From contig JACPBF010000002.1 of assembly GCA_016180425.1 (NCBI GenBank), forward strand, positions 48,169 through 112,168: DNA of 64,000 nucleotides, given 5' to 3'. This document shows, in pieces, positions 9,179-18,075 of the stretch (its first letter is position 1; every line of letters begins with the position of its first letter). The stretch comes from Elusimicrobiota bacterium. Lineage in GTDB: Bacteria > Elusimicrobiota > Elusimicrobia > 2-02-FULL-39-32. The position numbers and the translations under genes are program-made. A model generated the notes under the pieces. It searched no databases and was not told where the DNA came from. It worked only from the letters and a program-made list of their open reading frames with translations.

Positions 9179-9644
9179 CCTCTATTACCTCCTGTGGCGA
9201 AACAATCTCCATCTCCTTATAGCCATTTAAAAGATTTATTCCTCTTACTTCTCTTTTTGTTTTTACTTTAACCATGTGGGAAAAATTCCAACTAACAATC
9301 ACATCTAAATCATTGACAGTTGCAACAGCAATATGTAAAGCATCGTCCTTATATCTAGGAGGTATAACCCCGTTTTCTACATATTTATTTGCCAACTCCA
9401 CTGAATCTTCGTTAAGTAACAACTCAACAGCATTTAATTTCATTAAAACTTCTTTTAGCTCTATTGCAATAAGTTGTGGAGCGCGGCCAATTTCATCAGT
9501 AACGACACTGGATACAAAAACTTCATATTTCCCTTGTTCAACTTCTCTAAATAACTTTAAGGTAGCATCTTTTTCATTAGGCACATCCGTAGCTATCGCA
9601 AAATTCAAAACAGAGGTGTCAAAGTAAAGCTTTAGCTTCTTCAT
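9168..9644 (-). CDS. PIN-domain toxin 2
   Basis: LYFDTSV, DDALHIAVA, VSWNFSHMV. Extended -10 TGaTATAAT 12 nt upstream of the ATG. Confidence 0.88.
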   Translation of the reverse strand: MKKLKLYFDTSVLNFAIATDVPNEKDATLKLFREVEQGKYEVFVSSVVTDEIGRAPQLIAIELKEVLMKLNAVELLLNEDSVELANKYVENGVIPPRYKDDALHIAVATVNDLDVIVSWNFSHMVKVKTKREVRGINLLNGYKEMEIVSPQEVIEDAE

Positions 9645-9746
9645 TGGAATATAGCTATTATATCACCTCTATTCTAAAAATAACATCAGAACCATAAATA
9701 GTCAATCCCAGTTGTTTATCCTGTTGTTCATGCCAATTTGGCTCTC

Positions 9747-9947
9747 TTTTTTGAAAATGGCAAGCCCATCTTGGCAAGTCCAAGCCCATTCCGGCTTTTC
9801 TGCTCACGCTCGCGCTGGACATAGTGGTTGGGCGGGAGGGTTCCCCCCAAACTTCCCCCCCTCGGGGAAATTTAAAGGGACCATTATTTAAATAATGAAT
9901 CTATTCGGTTTAGAATACATAATTACTGTATTATTTCCAGTAATTAT
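9747..9947. repeat. Inter-cassette repeat R3
   Basis: Same core as R1/R2 plus the palindrome ATAATTACTG-N9-CAGTAATTAT at 9919-9947. Confidence 0.9.
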
Positions 9948-9983
9948 AAGGATTTAAGAAAATGTTTTCAGAAAAATATTTGT

Positions 9984-10259
9984 TTAAGCAGGCACTACCC
10001 TGGCATTTTCTGGAACGATCATAAGTTTCGAATGCAACACTTTAGCCATTTTCTCGTATGTGCTAATAAGATGATCGGAATCCTTCTTTTCCAAGCGGGA
10101 AATATGCGCTTGTTTCAACCTCAATTTAGCTGCAATTTCTTCTTGAGAAATACCGTAAGCACGCCTGAGTATGGCCATCTGAATCGGAAGCGGTTCATCG
10201 GCAATCGCTTCAAAATAAGCTTGCGCATATTTAGAATCGTGTTTGATTTTATTTTGCAC
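9984..10259 (-). CDS. XRE/HigA-like HTH antitoxin (orphan)
   Basis: LRRAYGISQEEIAAKLRLKQAHISRLE HTH. The frame extends to ATA 10295, which follows a GGAGG SD. Confidence 0.8.
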   Translation of the reverse strand: MQNKIKHDSKYAQAYFEAIADEPLPIQMAILRRAYGISQEEIAAKLRLKQAHISRLEKKDSDHLISTYEKMAKVLHSKLMIVPENARVVPA

Positions 10260-10356
10260 ATCTTTATCAAATGGTGAACTATTTTTATGTTTTATTTTAT
10301 TACCTCCACCACGTAAAAACTAATTCTCGGGCAGGAGTAATGATCTAAGGATGAAT

Positions 10357-10518
10357 TTAACGTTTCTTTACACCTTTGTAAGAACTTGGTTCGTCCTTTT
10401 GACTCCAATACGCAGCAACTTCTTTAGGAGTTTTCCCCTTCAATTCATTTGTGATTTCTTCTCGAATTTTGTGAATTTCATCCAAAACTCTAGAATGATG
10501 TGTTAAAGTCTTAGACAC
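10357..10518 (-). CDS. 53-aa putative antitoxin/partner of PIN protein 3
   Basis: Manual ORF (GTG start) MSKTLTHHSRVLDEIHKIREEI...KKR. Shares the EIHxI(R/Q)E motif with the 9005-9178 protein. Confidence 0.65.
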   Translation of the reverse strand: MSKTLTHHSRVLDEIHKIREEITNELKGKTPKEVAAYWSQKDEPSSYKGVKKR

Positions 10519-10984
10519 TTTCAATCACCTCCTCGGGTGTGGCAATATCTATAGCTTTAAAATTCTTCCTTTCATTTAATTCACGAATAGCAATACGGGC
10601 TTTAGGGTTTGCTAAGTGTTCCATATTCCAGGTAACCACAACATCAAGATTGTTTAGAGTTGCAATGGCCACGCGCAATGCATCCGGTTCAAATTTGGCG
10701 GGGATAATTTTATGATGAATATATTCTCTCGCCAACTCCTCACAAGGAGCGGAAACAGGTAGTCTTTCAATCCCATCCAATGCTCTCAATAAATTGTTTC
10801 TGTGGCTTTCATTTCGTGTGCGATTAATTTCCACAATGACTGCATCCGATGTAAAAACTTCAAATTTATGCAATTTTAAAATGTCAAAAAAACGCTTGGT
10901 TATATCCCGTTCTTCAGGCGCATCATCAGCGTATACGAAGTTAGGAATTGTGGTCTCAAGATAAATTTTAAGTTTTCTTTCCAT
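10511..10984 (-). CDS. PIN-domain toxin 3
   Basis: IYLETTIP, DALRVAIA, VTWNMEHLAN. Confidence 0.85.
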   Translation of the reverse strand: MERKLKIYLETTIPNFVYADDAPEERDITKRFFDILKLHKFEVFTSDAVIVEINRTRNESHRNNLLRALDGIERLPVSAPCEELAREYIHHKIIPAKFEPDALRVAIATLNNLDVVVTWNMEHLANPKARIAIRELNERKNFKAIDIATPEEVIESV

Positions 10985-11062
10985 AACTTAATGTAACATA
11001 CAATCGCCGTATTTGCACGGCTTAATTCTTAATCCTTGATGTCGCATATGTATCGTAACTTA

Positions 11063-11216
11063 TTCACCAGACGCCTTTCTGATTTTTTCACAAGTGATAG
11101 GTCTCATCTTACGCATATATTCAACTGCTTCAAATATCTTCTCCATACAAAACCTCCTTGGAAGGAACATCGGCTAATTCTTTTTGCGCTCTAGCAGCGA
11201 TCAGAACTTTATACAT
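11063..11216 (-). pseudogene. Chimeric RelE N-terminus/PIN C-terminus remnant plus truncated partner gene
   Basis: 11216-11130 reads MYKVLIAARAQKELADVPS|KEVLYGEDI*. 11105-11162 is similar to 7066-7122. The remnant ORF MEKIFEAVEYMRKMR... ends early at 11063. Confidence 0.7.
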
Positions 11217-11224
11217 GAAAAACT

Positions 11225-11458
11225 CTAGGCGGATTTTCTTTTTTCACTAAAGAATTCAATCGCTTCAACAGCCCGTTTGGGGTTTCTTTTGTGTTCAACT
11301 CTGGCCTGCTTTGCCAATTGAATATCTTTAAGATCCTCTTTATAGACTCTTTCTACAGCTTCCCTTAATAACTCTGCCATTGATACATTGTGATCCAATG
11401 CCATGTACTTCAGGTTTTTATGAACCTCATCGGGTAAGAAAATAGTTGTGCGTTTCAT
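11225..11458 (-). CDS. CopG/RHH-family antitoxin
   Basis: MKRTTIFLPDEVHKNLK...VSMAELLREAV RHH pattern. SD GGAGGTGA. Promoter TGGACA-17-TATACT (11512-11484) with CATA repeats in the spacer. Confidence 0.8.
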   Translation of the reverse strand: MKRTTIFLPDEVHKNLKYMALDHNVSMAELLREAVERVYKEDLKDIQLAKQARVEHKRNPKRAVEAIEFFSEKRKSA

Positions 11459-11519
11459 TGAGTATCACCTCCTGACTCAAATGAGTATAGCATACATACA
11501 TATATATGTCCATCTAGCG

Positions 11520-11578
11520 AACTATATTAGTTGGCTGTGTCCTAAACTGTGACCCATGGAGGGAACTTTTGGGATATT
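11520..11578. repeat. Arm-like repeat A3, likely right boundary of the island
   Basis: ACTATATTAGTTGGCTGTGTCCTAAACTGTGACCCATGGAGGG...GGGATATT matches 7605-7663. Confidence 0.8.
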
Positions 11579-11781
11579 CAAGGAGTTCTAGAATAGAGAA
11601 TTGACTGGTTGAGACGTCCGCAGGGATGGTTGTTTTAAATGGTGCTTTATCTCCTTACTTATTTATGAATTTAATATGGTTAAAATGAATCAGGTTTCTA
11701 CCATTGATTCTAGCCGGCATACTAACCTTAAAATTGGACCTTCTTAAGCACAAAATAAGAAACTGTTAATTAAAAAGAATC

Positions 11782-12918
11782 TTAGAGGATGGTTTTGCCT
11801 GACTCAGGGTCAAAGAGATGGATGGTTTCCATGTTGAACACAAGGTCAATGTCTTGCTGTTGTTTGGCGGAGTTGTGCGGCTCTACCCTGGCTACAAAAT
11901 TATTTTTCCCTGTGTTTAAATAAAGATATTTTTCAGAGCCCATGGGTTCCACCACCTCTATGGTTGCTTTTACTGAGGAACCTTCGCTAAAGCCTCCAGA
12001 ATGAAAAAGTTTGTCATAGATGTTTTCTGGCCGTATGCCAAAAATCACTTTTTTTCCAACGTAAGATTTTACAATTTCATTCATTTCTGGAATCAATTTA
12101 ATTTGCATGCCATTGGAGCTAACTTGCGGATCGTTTTCTCTTAGCCAAATCCCTTTAGCTTCACCTTGCAATTTTTCTGAAATATAAACTTCCACAAAAT
12201 TCATAGGCGGAGATCCAATAAATCCAGCTACAAATCTGTTAGAAGGGCTGTTATAAAGTTCTAAGGGGGCTGCAATTTGCTGCACATCCCCATCTTTCAT
12301 CACGCAAATTCTGTCCCCCATGGTCATGGCTTCTACCTGATCATGGGTCACATAAATCATGGTGGTCTGCAAGCGGTCGTGCAGTTTAGAAAGTTCCATT
12401 CTCATTTGAACCCGTAGTTTAGCGTCTAAATTGCTAAGAGGCTCATCAAATAAAAATACTTTGGGTTTTCTTACAATCGCTCGTCCAACAGCCACTCTTT
12501 GCCTTTGTCCCCCAGAAAGCTCTTTTGGTTTTCTATGCATCAGGTTAGACATGTTTAAAATTTCCGCTGCTTCTTTTACCCTGTCCTGAATTTCTTTTTT
12601 AGAGTAGCCTCTTAATTTTAAGCCAAAAGCCATGTTTTCATAAACTGTCATGTGCGGGTAAAGAGCGTAATTTTGGAAAACCATGGCGATATCTCTATCT
12701 TTGGGAGGAACATCATTTACTTTTTTTCCTCCAATCCAAATCTCACCGTCGCTACCTTCTTCCAGTCCCGCGATCATGCGCAAAGTGGTTGATTTGCCGC
12801 ATCCAGATGGGCCCACTAGAACAAAAAATTCTTTATCTGGTATTTCTATATTCACCCCTTTTACAGCAGCTGTTCCGTCATACCTTTTCCAAACATTTTT
12901 TAAAATCACTTCTGCCAC
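11782..12918 (-). CDS. Sugar ABC transporter ATP-binding protein (MalK/MsmK/UgpC family)
   Basis: GPSGCGKST, LSGGQRQRVA, FDEPLSNLDA, C-terminal TOBE region. Confidence 0.95.
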   Translation of the reverse strand: MAEVILKNVWKRYDGTAAVKGVNIEIPDKEFFVLVGPSGCGKSTTLRMIAGLEEGSDGEIWIGGKKVNDVPPKDRDIAMVFQNYALYPHMTVYENMAFGLKLRGYSKKEIQDRVKEAAEILNMSNLMHRKPKELSGGQRQRVAVGRAIVRKPKVFLFDEPLSNLDAKLRVQMRMELSKLHDRLQTTMIYVTHDQVEAMTMGDRICVMKDGDVQQIAAPLELYNSPSNRFVAGFIGSPPMNFVEVYISEKLQGEAKGIWLRENDPQVSSNGMQIKLIPEMNEIVKSYVGKKVIFGIRPENIYDKLFHSGGFSEGSSVKATIEVVEPMGSEKYLYLNTGKNNFVARVEPHNSAKQQQDIDLVFNMETIHLFDPESGKTIL

Positions 12919-12950
12919 GATTCTCTCACCTCCCTAAAAATGTATTTTGG

Positions 12951-15392
12951 TTAATTAAAATTAATAATAAAATTTTCTTCTGCCTTTTTTACAATGGATT
13001 TAGGGAGTGTATCCCCGGGCAATGTTTTGTCATTAAAAATAATAGCCACGCTATTTTTGCCAAGATTTTTGTCTCTTTTAAAATGAAAAGCGCAACTTTT
13101 GCCATTGTAAATTCTTTTTACTTTAAACTCGTCCCAATCTTTAGGAACACAAGGCGCAATTTTTAAACCTTCCCATTCAGCTCTAATTCCAATGATCCAT
13201 TCTAACATAATTCTATAAAGCCAAGCAGCTGAACCTGTGTACCAAGTCCATCCACCCCTGCCATAATAAGGAGAGTCCGGCCCATCCACGTTCCCTGGGG
13301 TTACATAAGGTTCAGACATGTATAGGTCTGGATCCATTCCCCTTTCTATGGGAGAAATTTTTTTGAACAATTGCCATGCGGTCTGGCTGCGCTTTAAAAA
13401 ACATTCCATCTGAATTGCCCAAATACCGGCATGGGTATAAAGCCCGCCATTTTCTCTTACTCCAGAAGCATAGCGGGTCAAATATCCTATTCGTTCATCC
13501 GGTATTTTATAAGCTGGATAAAGCAGCAAGGGTCCATAATCTTTATAAAGATTTTTTTCCAGAGAATCTAAAAGAGTGGTTAAATTTTTTTCAGGCACCA
13601 TTTTGTTTAAGACTGCCCAAGTTTGAGGGTTGAGATGAATTTTTCCTTCTTTAGATTTTTTGCTGCCTATGAGGGAGCCATCATCACAACTTGCAGCCCA
13701 GTACCATTGGCCGTCCCAGCCAAATTTGTTTACAGCTTCATAGAGTTTTTCCGCTTCTTTTTTATACCTTGCGATTTTTTTACTTTCAGAGGAAGAAAGA
13801 GTTTTATTTTTAATGGCTCTGGCAATGAGTTCGCAAAACTCATTTAAAATTCCATAAAGAAACTGTCCTACCCAAATGCTTTCCCCTTTTTCTTCCCAAC
13901 CAGCTACAGATAACCCATCATTCCAATCCCCTGTCCCAATTAAAGGAAGTCCGCGCTTACTTTTGCGCTTAAGAGAATTTTCAATTGCCAAAACACAATG
14001 CTGATATACTGAAGCAGGAGACGCTTCTTTTTTATTTTCCTCTTTAAGAAATGGAGTTTTTTCTTTTAAGATAGAAAAATCTCCTGTTTCTTTTAAATAG
14101 TTAATGGCGACAAAGGGGAGCCAGAGCAAATCATCTGAATATCTGGATTTATGGCCATCATTGGTGATGGGGTGCCACCAGTGATGCACAATGCCTGAAG
14201 AATATTGATGAGAGGCATGGAGGAGAATTTGATTTTTGGTTCTTTTGGGCTCAAGGTGAAGAAAGATTTGGCTGTCTTGCAGCTGATCTCTATAGCCAAA
14301 AGCGCCCCCTGCCTGATAATAGCCTGTTCTTCCCCAGATGCGTGCTGAAAGAGCCTGATATTTTAGCCACCAGTTTCCTAAAAGATTAAAGGAAGAATCC
14401 GGAGTTTCTACATTAGATTTTTCTAAATAGCTTTGCCAAAATTGAATGGTATTTTGAAACGCTTGATCTACATTATTTTGCTCTTTATATTTTAAAGCTA
14501 GATTTCTCGCTTCATTCTTATTTTTTGCAGCGCCCAGTGTCCAAAGAACTGTTTTAGTTTCTCCGGGCAAAAGCTCAATTTCAGAACAAAGGCTGGCAAT
14601 AGAATCGTCCCACTTACCAGTGGTTTTGCCGGTATAAGAGCCTGTAAGCAAAGCATTTGGGTTTTGAAAACCATGATATTTTCCAATAAAAGAATCTTTA
14701 TTGCCGGAAGAATCTTTTAAACGCAGGTTAGTTCCATGCCAGGCTAAATAATCCCAAGATTTATTCCAATGCTGCCCTTTAGCATTGGCAATGGTCCAAA
14801 GTCTTTTTGAGGCATAGAGGATTCCATTGTCTTTATCAGATTCTGTTTCTAAAAAGGTGCGGTGAAATTCTCTATGGCTGTCTGGGGATTCCCCTAAGCA
14901 CCATTCAAAATAGCTCCAGAGGCTTAAAATTCTTTTCTGGCTAGAATGATTAGTAATTTTTAGCTGCCAGATTTCTAAAGGCTCTTTAGGAGGGACAAAA
15001 ATGGTTAGCTCTGAGGAAATGGAAAAATTAAGAGAGATAAATCGGGTGTAGCCAAAACCATGATGACATTCATAATGTTCTGGTGTATGGCACACAGGCT
15101 TCCATGTTGGAGACCAGAACTCTCCAGATTCTTGATCTCTTATATAAATATATTTTCCCCAATCATCGCAAACTAAATCTTGATTCCAACGAGTAATGCG
15201 ATTTAAACTAGCATGGGTTCTCCAAGAATAACCTGAGCCGGATTGGGTAATGACTAAACCATAATCCCCAGGACAAATGACATTGGACCAAGGACGGGGC
15301 GTATCTGGGCGAGTGATGACAAATTCTTTGCCATCCTCGCTAAAATAACCATAGTTTGTTTTAAATAATTCTAGCTTTTCCTTCATAAACAT
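12951..15392 (-). CDS. GH94 glycoside phosphorylase
   Basis: TPRPWSN, GAFGYRDQLQD, GDWNDGL, RENGGLYTH, WYTGSAAW. Confidence 0.92.
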   Translation of the reverse strand: MFMKEKLELFKTNYGYFSEDGKEFVITRPDTPRPWSNVICPGDYGLVITQSGSGYSWRTHASLNRITRWNQDLVCDDWGKYIYIRDQESGEFWSPTWKPVCHTPEHYECHHGFGYTRFISLNFSISSELTIFVPPKEPLEIWQLKITNHSSQKRILSLWSYFEWCLGESPDSHREFHRTFLETESDKDNGILYASKRLWTIANAKGQHWNKSWDYLAWHGTNLRLKDSSGNKDSFIGKYHGFQNPNALLTGSYTGKTTGKWDDSIASLCSEIELLPGETKTVLWTLGAAKNKNEARNLALKYKEQNNVDQAFQNTIQFWQSYLEKSNVETPDSSFNLLGNWWLKYQALSARIWGRTGYYQAGGAFGYRDQLQDSQIFLHLEPKRTKNQILLHASHQYSSGIVHHWWHPITNDGHKSRYSDDLLWLPFVAINYLKETGDFSILKEKTPFLKEENKKEASPASVYQHCVLAIENSLKRKSKRGLPLIGTGDWNDGLSVAGWEEKGESIWVGQFLYGILNEFCELIARAIKNKTLSSSESKKIARYKKEAEKLYEAVNKFGWDGQWYWAASCDDGSLIGSKKSKEGKIHLNPQTWAVLNKMVPEKNLTTLLDSLEKNLYKDYGPLLLYPAYKIPDERIGYLTRYASGVRENGGLYTHAGIWAIQMECFLKRSQTAWQLFKKISPIERGMDPDLYMSEPYVTPGNVDGPDSPYYGRGGWTWYTGSAAWLYRIMLEWIIGIRAEWEGLKIAPCVPKDWDEFKVKRIYNGKSCAFHFKRDKNLGKNSVAIIFNDKTLPGDTLPKSIVKKAEENFIINFN

Positions 15393-15529
15393 TTACTCAA
15401 ACTCCTGTTTTGAATCGGTTATCATAAATAGCTATAGATTTTTTATAGTTTTATTGCCCAGCTATGCGCTAAAATCAAATGATTCTTTTTGATAAAAAAA
15501 TAAATTAGCCTTAAATCAACCACTTGGAT

Positions 15530-16102
15530 TCAAGATAAAGTCTTTGCTTTATTTGTTTTCCAGATAAAATATAGTCCTAATCCGCCTAAAATTAAAAATA
15601 GAGCCAAGCCCACAAAAAGTTCCATACGCACATAATTTAGATCCGTATGAAAAAGCAGCCCCTGTATTTTTGGACCTTCCATTCCATAAGGGTATTGTGA
15701 ACTTAAAAGATATTTTCCCGGTTTATCAATCACAAACTGAAAAAGAGGTATTTGATCTTCTTTTTTATCAGTAGCATACATTTTAGGCGGAAATTTGACA
15801 AGTTCTACTACTCTACTTCCTTTTTTTTGAACCAGTTGATACTCTAGGTCTTTAATCCAGGAAAGGGTTTCTTTAGATTTGTCTTTATTCAGGGCTAGCG
15901 CTATGTAAGAACCCGGTAATCTTAAATTTAAATTTTGTTCTCCTGGAATTTGAAGCATGATCAGGCTTTTTCTCACGCTTAAAATAAATGGAGTAATTCC
16001 AAAAGATAAAGCAAGGATGCCAATAAAACAGCAGAGTCCCCCTAACCAATAGCCCCACTGCATAAATAGAGGAGAACTTTTTTTAGAATTTTGTTCGTTC
16101 AT
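15530..16102 (-). CDS. Hypothetical membrane protein (two terminal TM helices)
   Basis: Hydrophobic N- and C-terminal segments. Overlaps the upstream gene by 4 nt. Confidence 0.7.
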   Translation of the reverse strand: MNEQNSKKSSPLFMQWGYWLGGLCCFIGILALSFGITPFILSVRKSLIMLQIPGEQNLNLRLPGSYIALALNKDKSKETLSWIKDLEYQLVQKKGSRVVELVKFPPKMYATDKKEDQIPLFQFVIDKPGKYLLSSQYPYGMEGPKIQGLLFHTDLNYVRMELFVGLALFLILGGLGLYFIWKTNKAKTLS

Positions 16103-18075
16103 TGTAATATCAACTTTCCCAATTCAATTTTACTTCCGTTTGATTTAAAATGCCAGTTTAACTTTCCTTCGCCATTGGCATCATTGTCAACGTCATGCAC
16201 AGCAATGGAAATCCCCAAAGATTGTCCTCTCACAGGCTCGATGACCCCAAGAAATTTCCAAGAGATCGCTGTAAAGATTTCATAACCGGTTGGCGTGATT
16301 TTTACAATCGTGTTCACTTCATCTTGAGATGGAACGCGTTTTTGAAACCAGGCATAAGAATGACTTTTTCTAGCGCTATCTGGCGGAGTAATCCCAATTT
16401 GAAAATCTGAAGGATGTCCCCAGAGCAAGCCATCGCCATTTGGATCAATATAAATTTCAACACAATCGTCCCGGTAAATTTCTGAATCTGTTTGTTTAGC
16501 TACAATCGTCTGATCTGTTATTTCCGCTTTAATATAAAGAGCCTGTTCATCCCAAAGATATTGGAGTTTAGCGCCAAGGTCAGTTGGATCTGCGATTTTT
16601 CCATTTTCTACGAAAGTGTGATCAAACTCCTGCACCTCTGCTTTATTCCATTCAGCTAGTTCCGGGTTAAATGGAGCGCCTGAAAGATTTTTAGCAGCAG
16701 TTATTTCTGGTTGTTTTCGGTCAAAGGACTGAACTCCCAGCTTAAATTTTTCTTTCAGAGGAAATGGGTAAGTGATTTGTTGGGGAAGCAAACGATTTTG
16801 ATAATCTTTTATTTTTTTATAACCTTCCATGATCCCATCATAACTATTAAAAGATCGAATAATAAACTTATCCTCTAAAAAGTTTGTGAGCGCAAGAAAA
16901 AGCATGGTTTGGTCTAAGATTAAATAATTTTTAGTAACTCTAGCTGTTTTTAAATCAAAAGCATCCCTAAAGCCAAAATCATAATATTGACCTTCAATAA
17001 TATGGCGCGGTCTTGCCCCAAGCTCTTCTAATTTTTTTAGATTTTGTATGACCTCTTTGGGAAAAACTGAAATCGCAAGGGTAGAGGCATGGGGAGTTAT
17101 AATTTCATCTCGGATCGCATTGAACCCCAAATATCCATTGGCTGGAGAGTCTGATGCGGACCAACCCCAAACAGGAGAGCCAATTTTTTCCTGATGCGCC
17201 ATTTGCGCTTTAGCAAAGTTACCAGCCGCAAGTCCAGGAAGGGTGCCTTCTTCATCTAAGAATAAGCCGCTCATAAAGCCCATAAAAAGTCCTCCACCCT
17301 GCCACCCTGGTTTTAGATATTGTATTCCATATCGTTCTTCTAAATTTCGGTTTAAAGCGCTCCAGCTCTGTAAAGGAACTCCGCTCATGGCGATTGCTAA
17401 AAAACTTACCAAACGGGAATCTGCTCCCAAAAAATCATAATGCCAAGAGCCAACCTCATTTTTTTCAGTGTTAAAACCTCCAAAAAGAAGTTTTGCCCGA
17501 GGATCATAAAGATCCTGCCAATCAATTTGAAGGAGCTGGTCGCATTGAGCTTTTAATTCTGGAAAAGTTTGACGCGCCACAATAATGCCCGCATAGTAAT
17601 TGCCTAAGTCAACAGTAGAGATGAAATTTTCCTTATGTTTTTTTAAATCCGTAACACTGTTCCAGGAATGCGGAAAATTTTTCCAAGTCTCTAATTTGTT
17701 TAAAGTCTCAAGCAGCAGCCCTAGCTTTTGAACAGCGATTTTGCGGTTTTCAAAACCCATTTCCACCGCGCCTGCGACAGAAGCCATGTAAAAGCCAATA
17801 TTAGTCACAGAGGTAAAGGCATTTTTTGTAACCACACTGTTATCTAAAGGCAGTCCGGTTTCAGGCTCTACATAATAGTCAATGCATTTGTAGGTGTCTT
17901 GGGCAAGTTTCTTAAGGTATTTACGCTCGGATAAAGAAATTTTATCTGTGATAAATCCAAAAAGAGATTTTGCCTTAGCTTCTGCACCGGAAAAAGAAAG
18001 GAGAAAAATCAGGCTGAATAGTTTTAAAACTTTTTTTTCTCGATTCTTTTTCCGATAAAGAAAGCCCAAAGTCAC
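16099..18075 (-). CDS. Secreted GH144-like (DUF3131/Glycoamylase) glucanase with C-terminal CBM9-like domain
   Basis: Signal peptide, TGLPLD, TSVTNIG, STVDLGN, WGWSASD, FGFRDA, LDQTM. CBM9-like tail WDEQALY...DDCVEIYIDP. Confidence 0.75.
   Translation of the reverse strand: MTLGFLYRKKNREKKVLKLFSLIFLLSFSGAEAKAKSLFGFITDKISLSERKYLKKLAQDTYKCIDYYVEPETGLPLDNSVVTKNAFTSVTNIGFYMASVAGAVEMGFENRKIAVQKLGLLLETLNKLETWKNFPHSWNSVTDLKKHKENFISTVDLGNYYAGIIVARQTFPELKAQCDQLLQIDWQDLYDPRAKLLFGGFNTEKNEVGSWHYDFLGADSRLVSFLAIAMSGVPLQSWSALNRNLEERYGIQYLKPGWQGGGLFMGFMSGLFLDEEGTLPGLAAGNFAKAQMAHQEKIGSPVWGWSASDSPANGYLGFNAIRDEIITPHASTLAISVFPKEVIQNLKKLEELGARPRHIIEGQYYDFGFRDAFDLKTARVTKNYLILDQTMLFLALTNFLEDKFIIRSFNSYDGIMEGYKKIKDYQNRLLPQQITYPFPLKEKFKLGVQSFDRKQPEITAAKNLSGAPFNPELAEWNKAEVQEFDHTFVENGKIADPTDLGAKLQYLWDEQALYIKAEITDQTIVAKQTDSEIYRDDCVEIYIDPNGDGLLWGHPSDFQIGITPPDSARKSHSYAWFQKRVPSQDEVNTIVKITPTGYEIFTAISWKFLGVIEPVRGQSLGISIAVHDVDNDANGEGKLNWHFKSNGSKIELGKLILQ

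Noticed and set aside
6601-9947. R1-R3 as classical integron attC sites or CRISPR repeats
   Set aside because: No RYYYAAC/GTTRRRY ends, not palindromic over their length, too long, separated by 0.8-1.9 kb, and no intI in the window.
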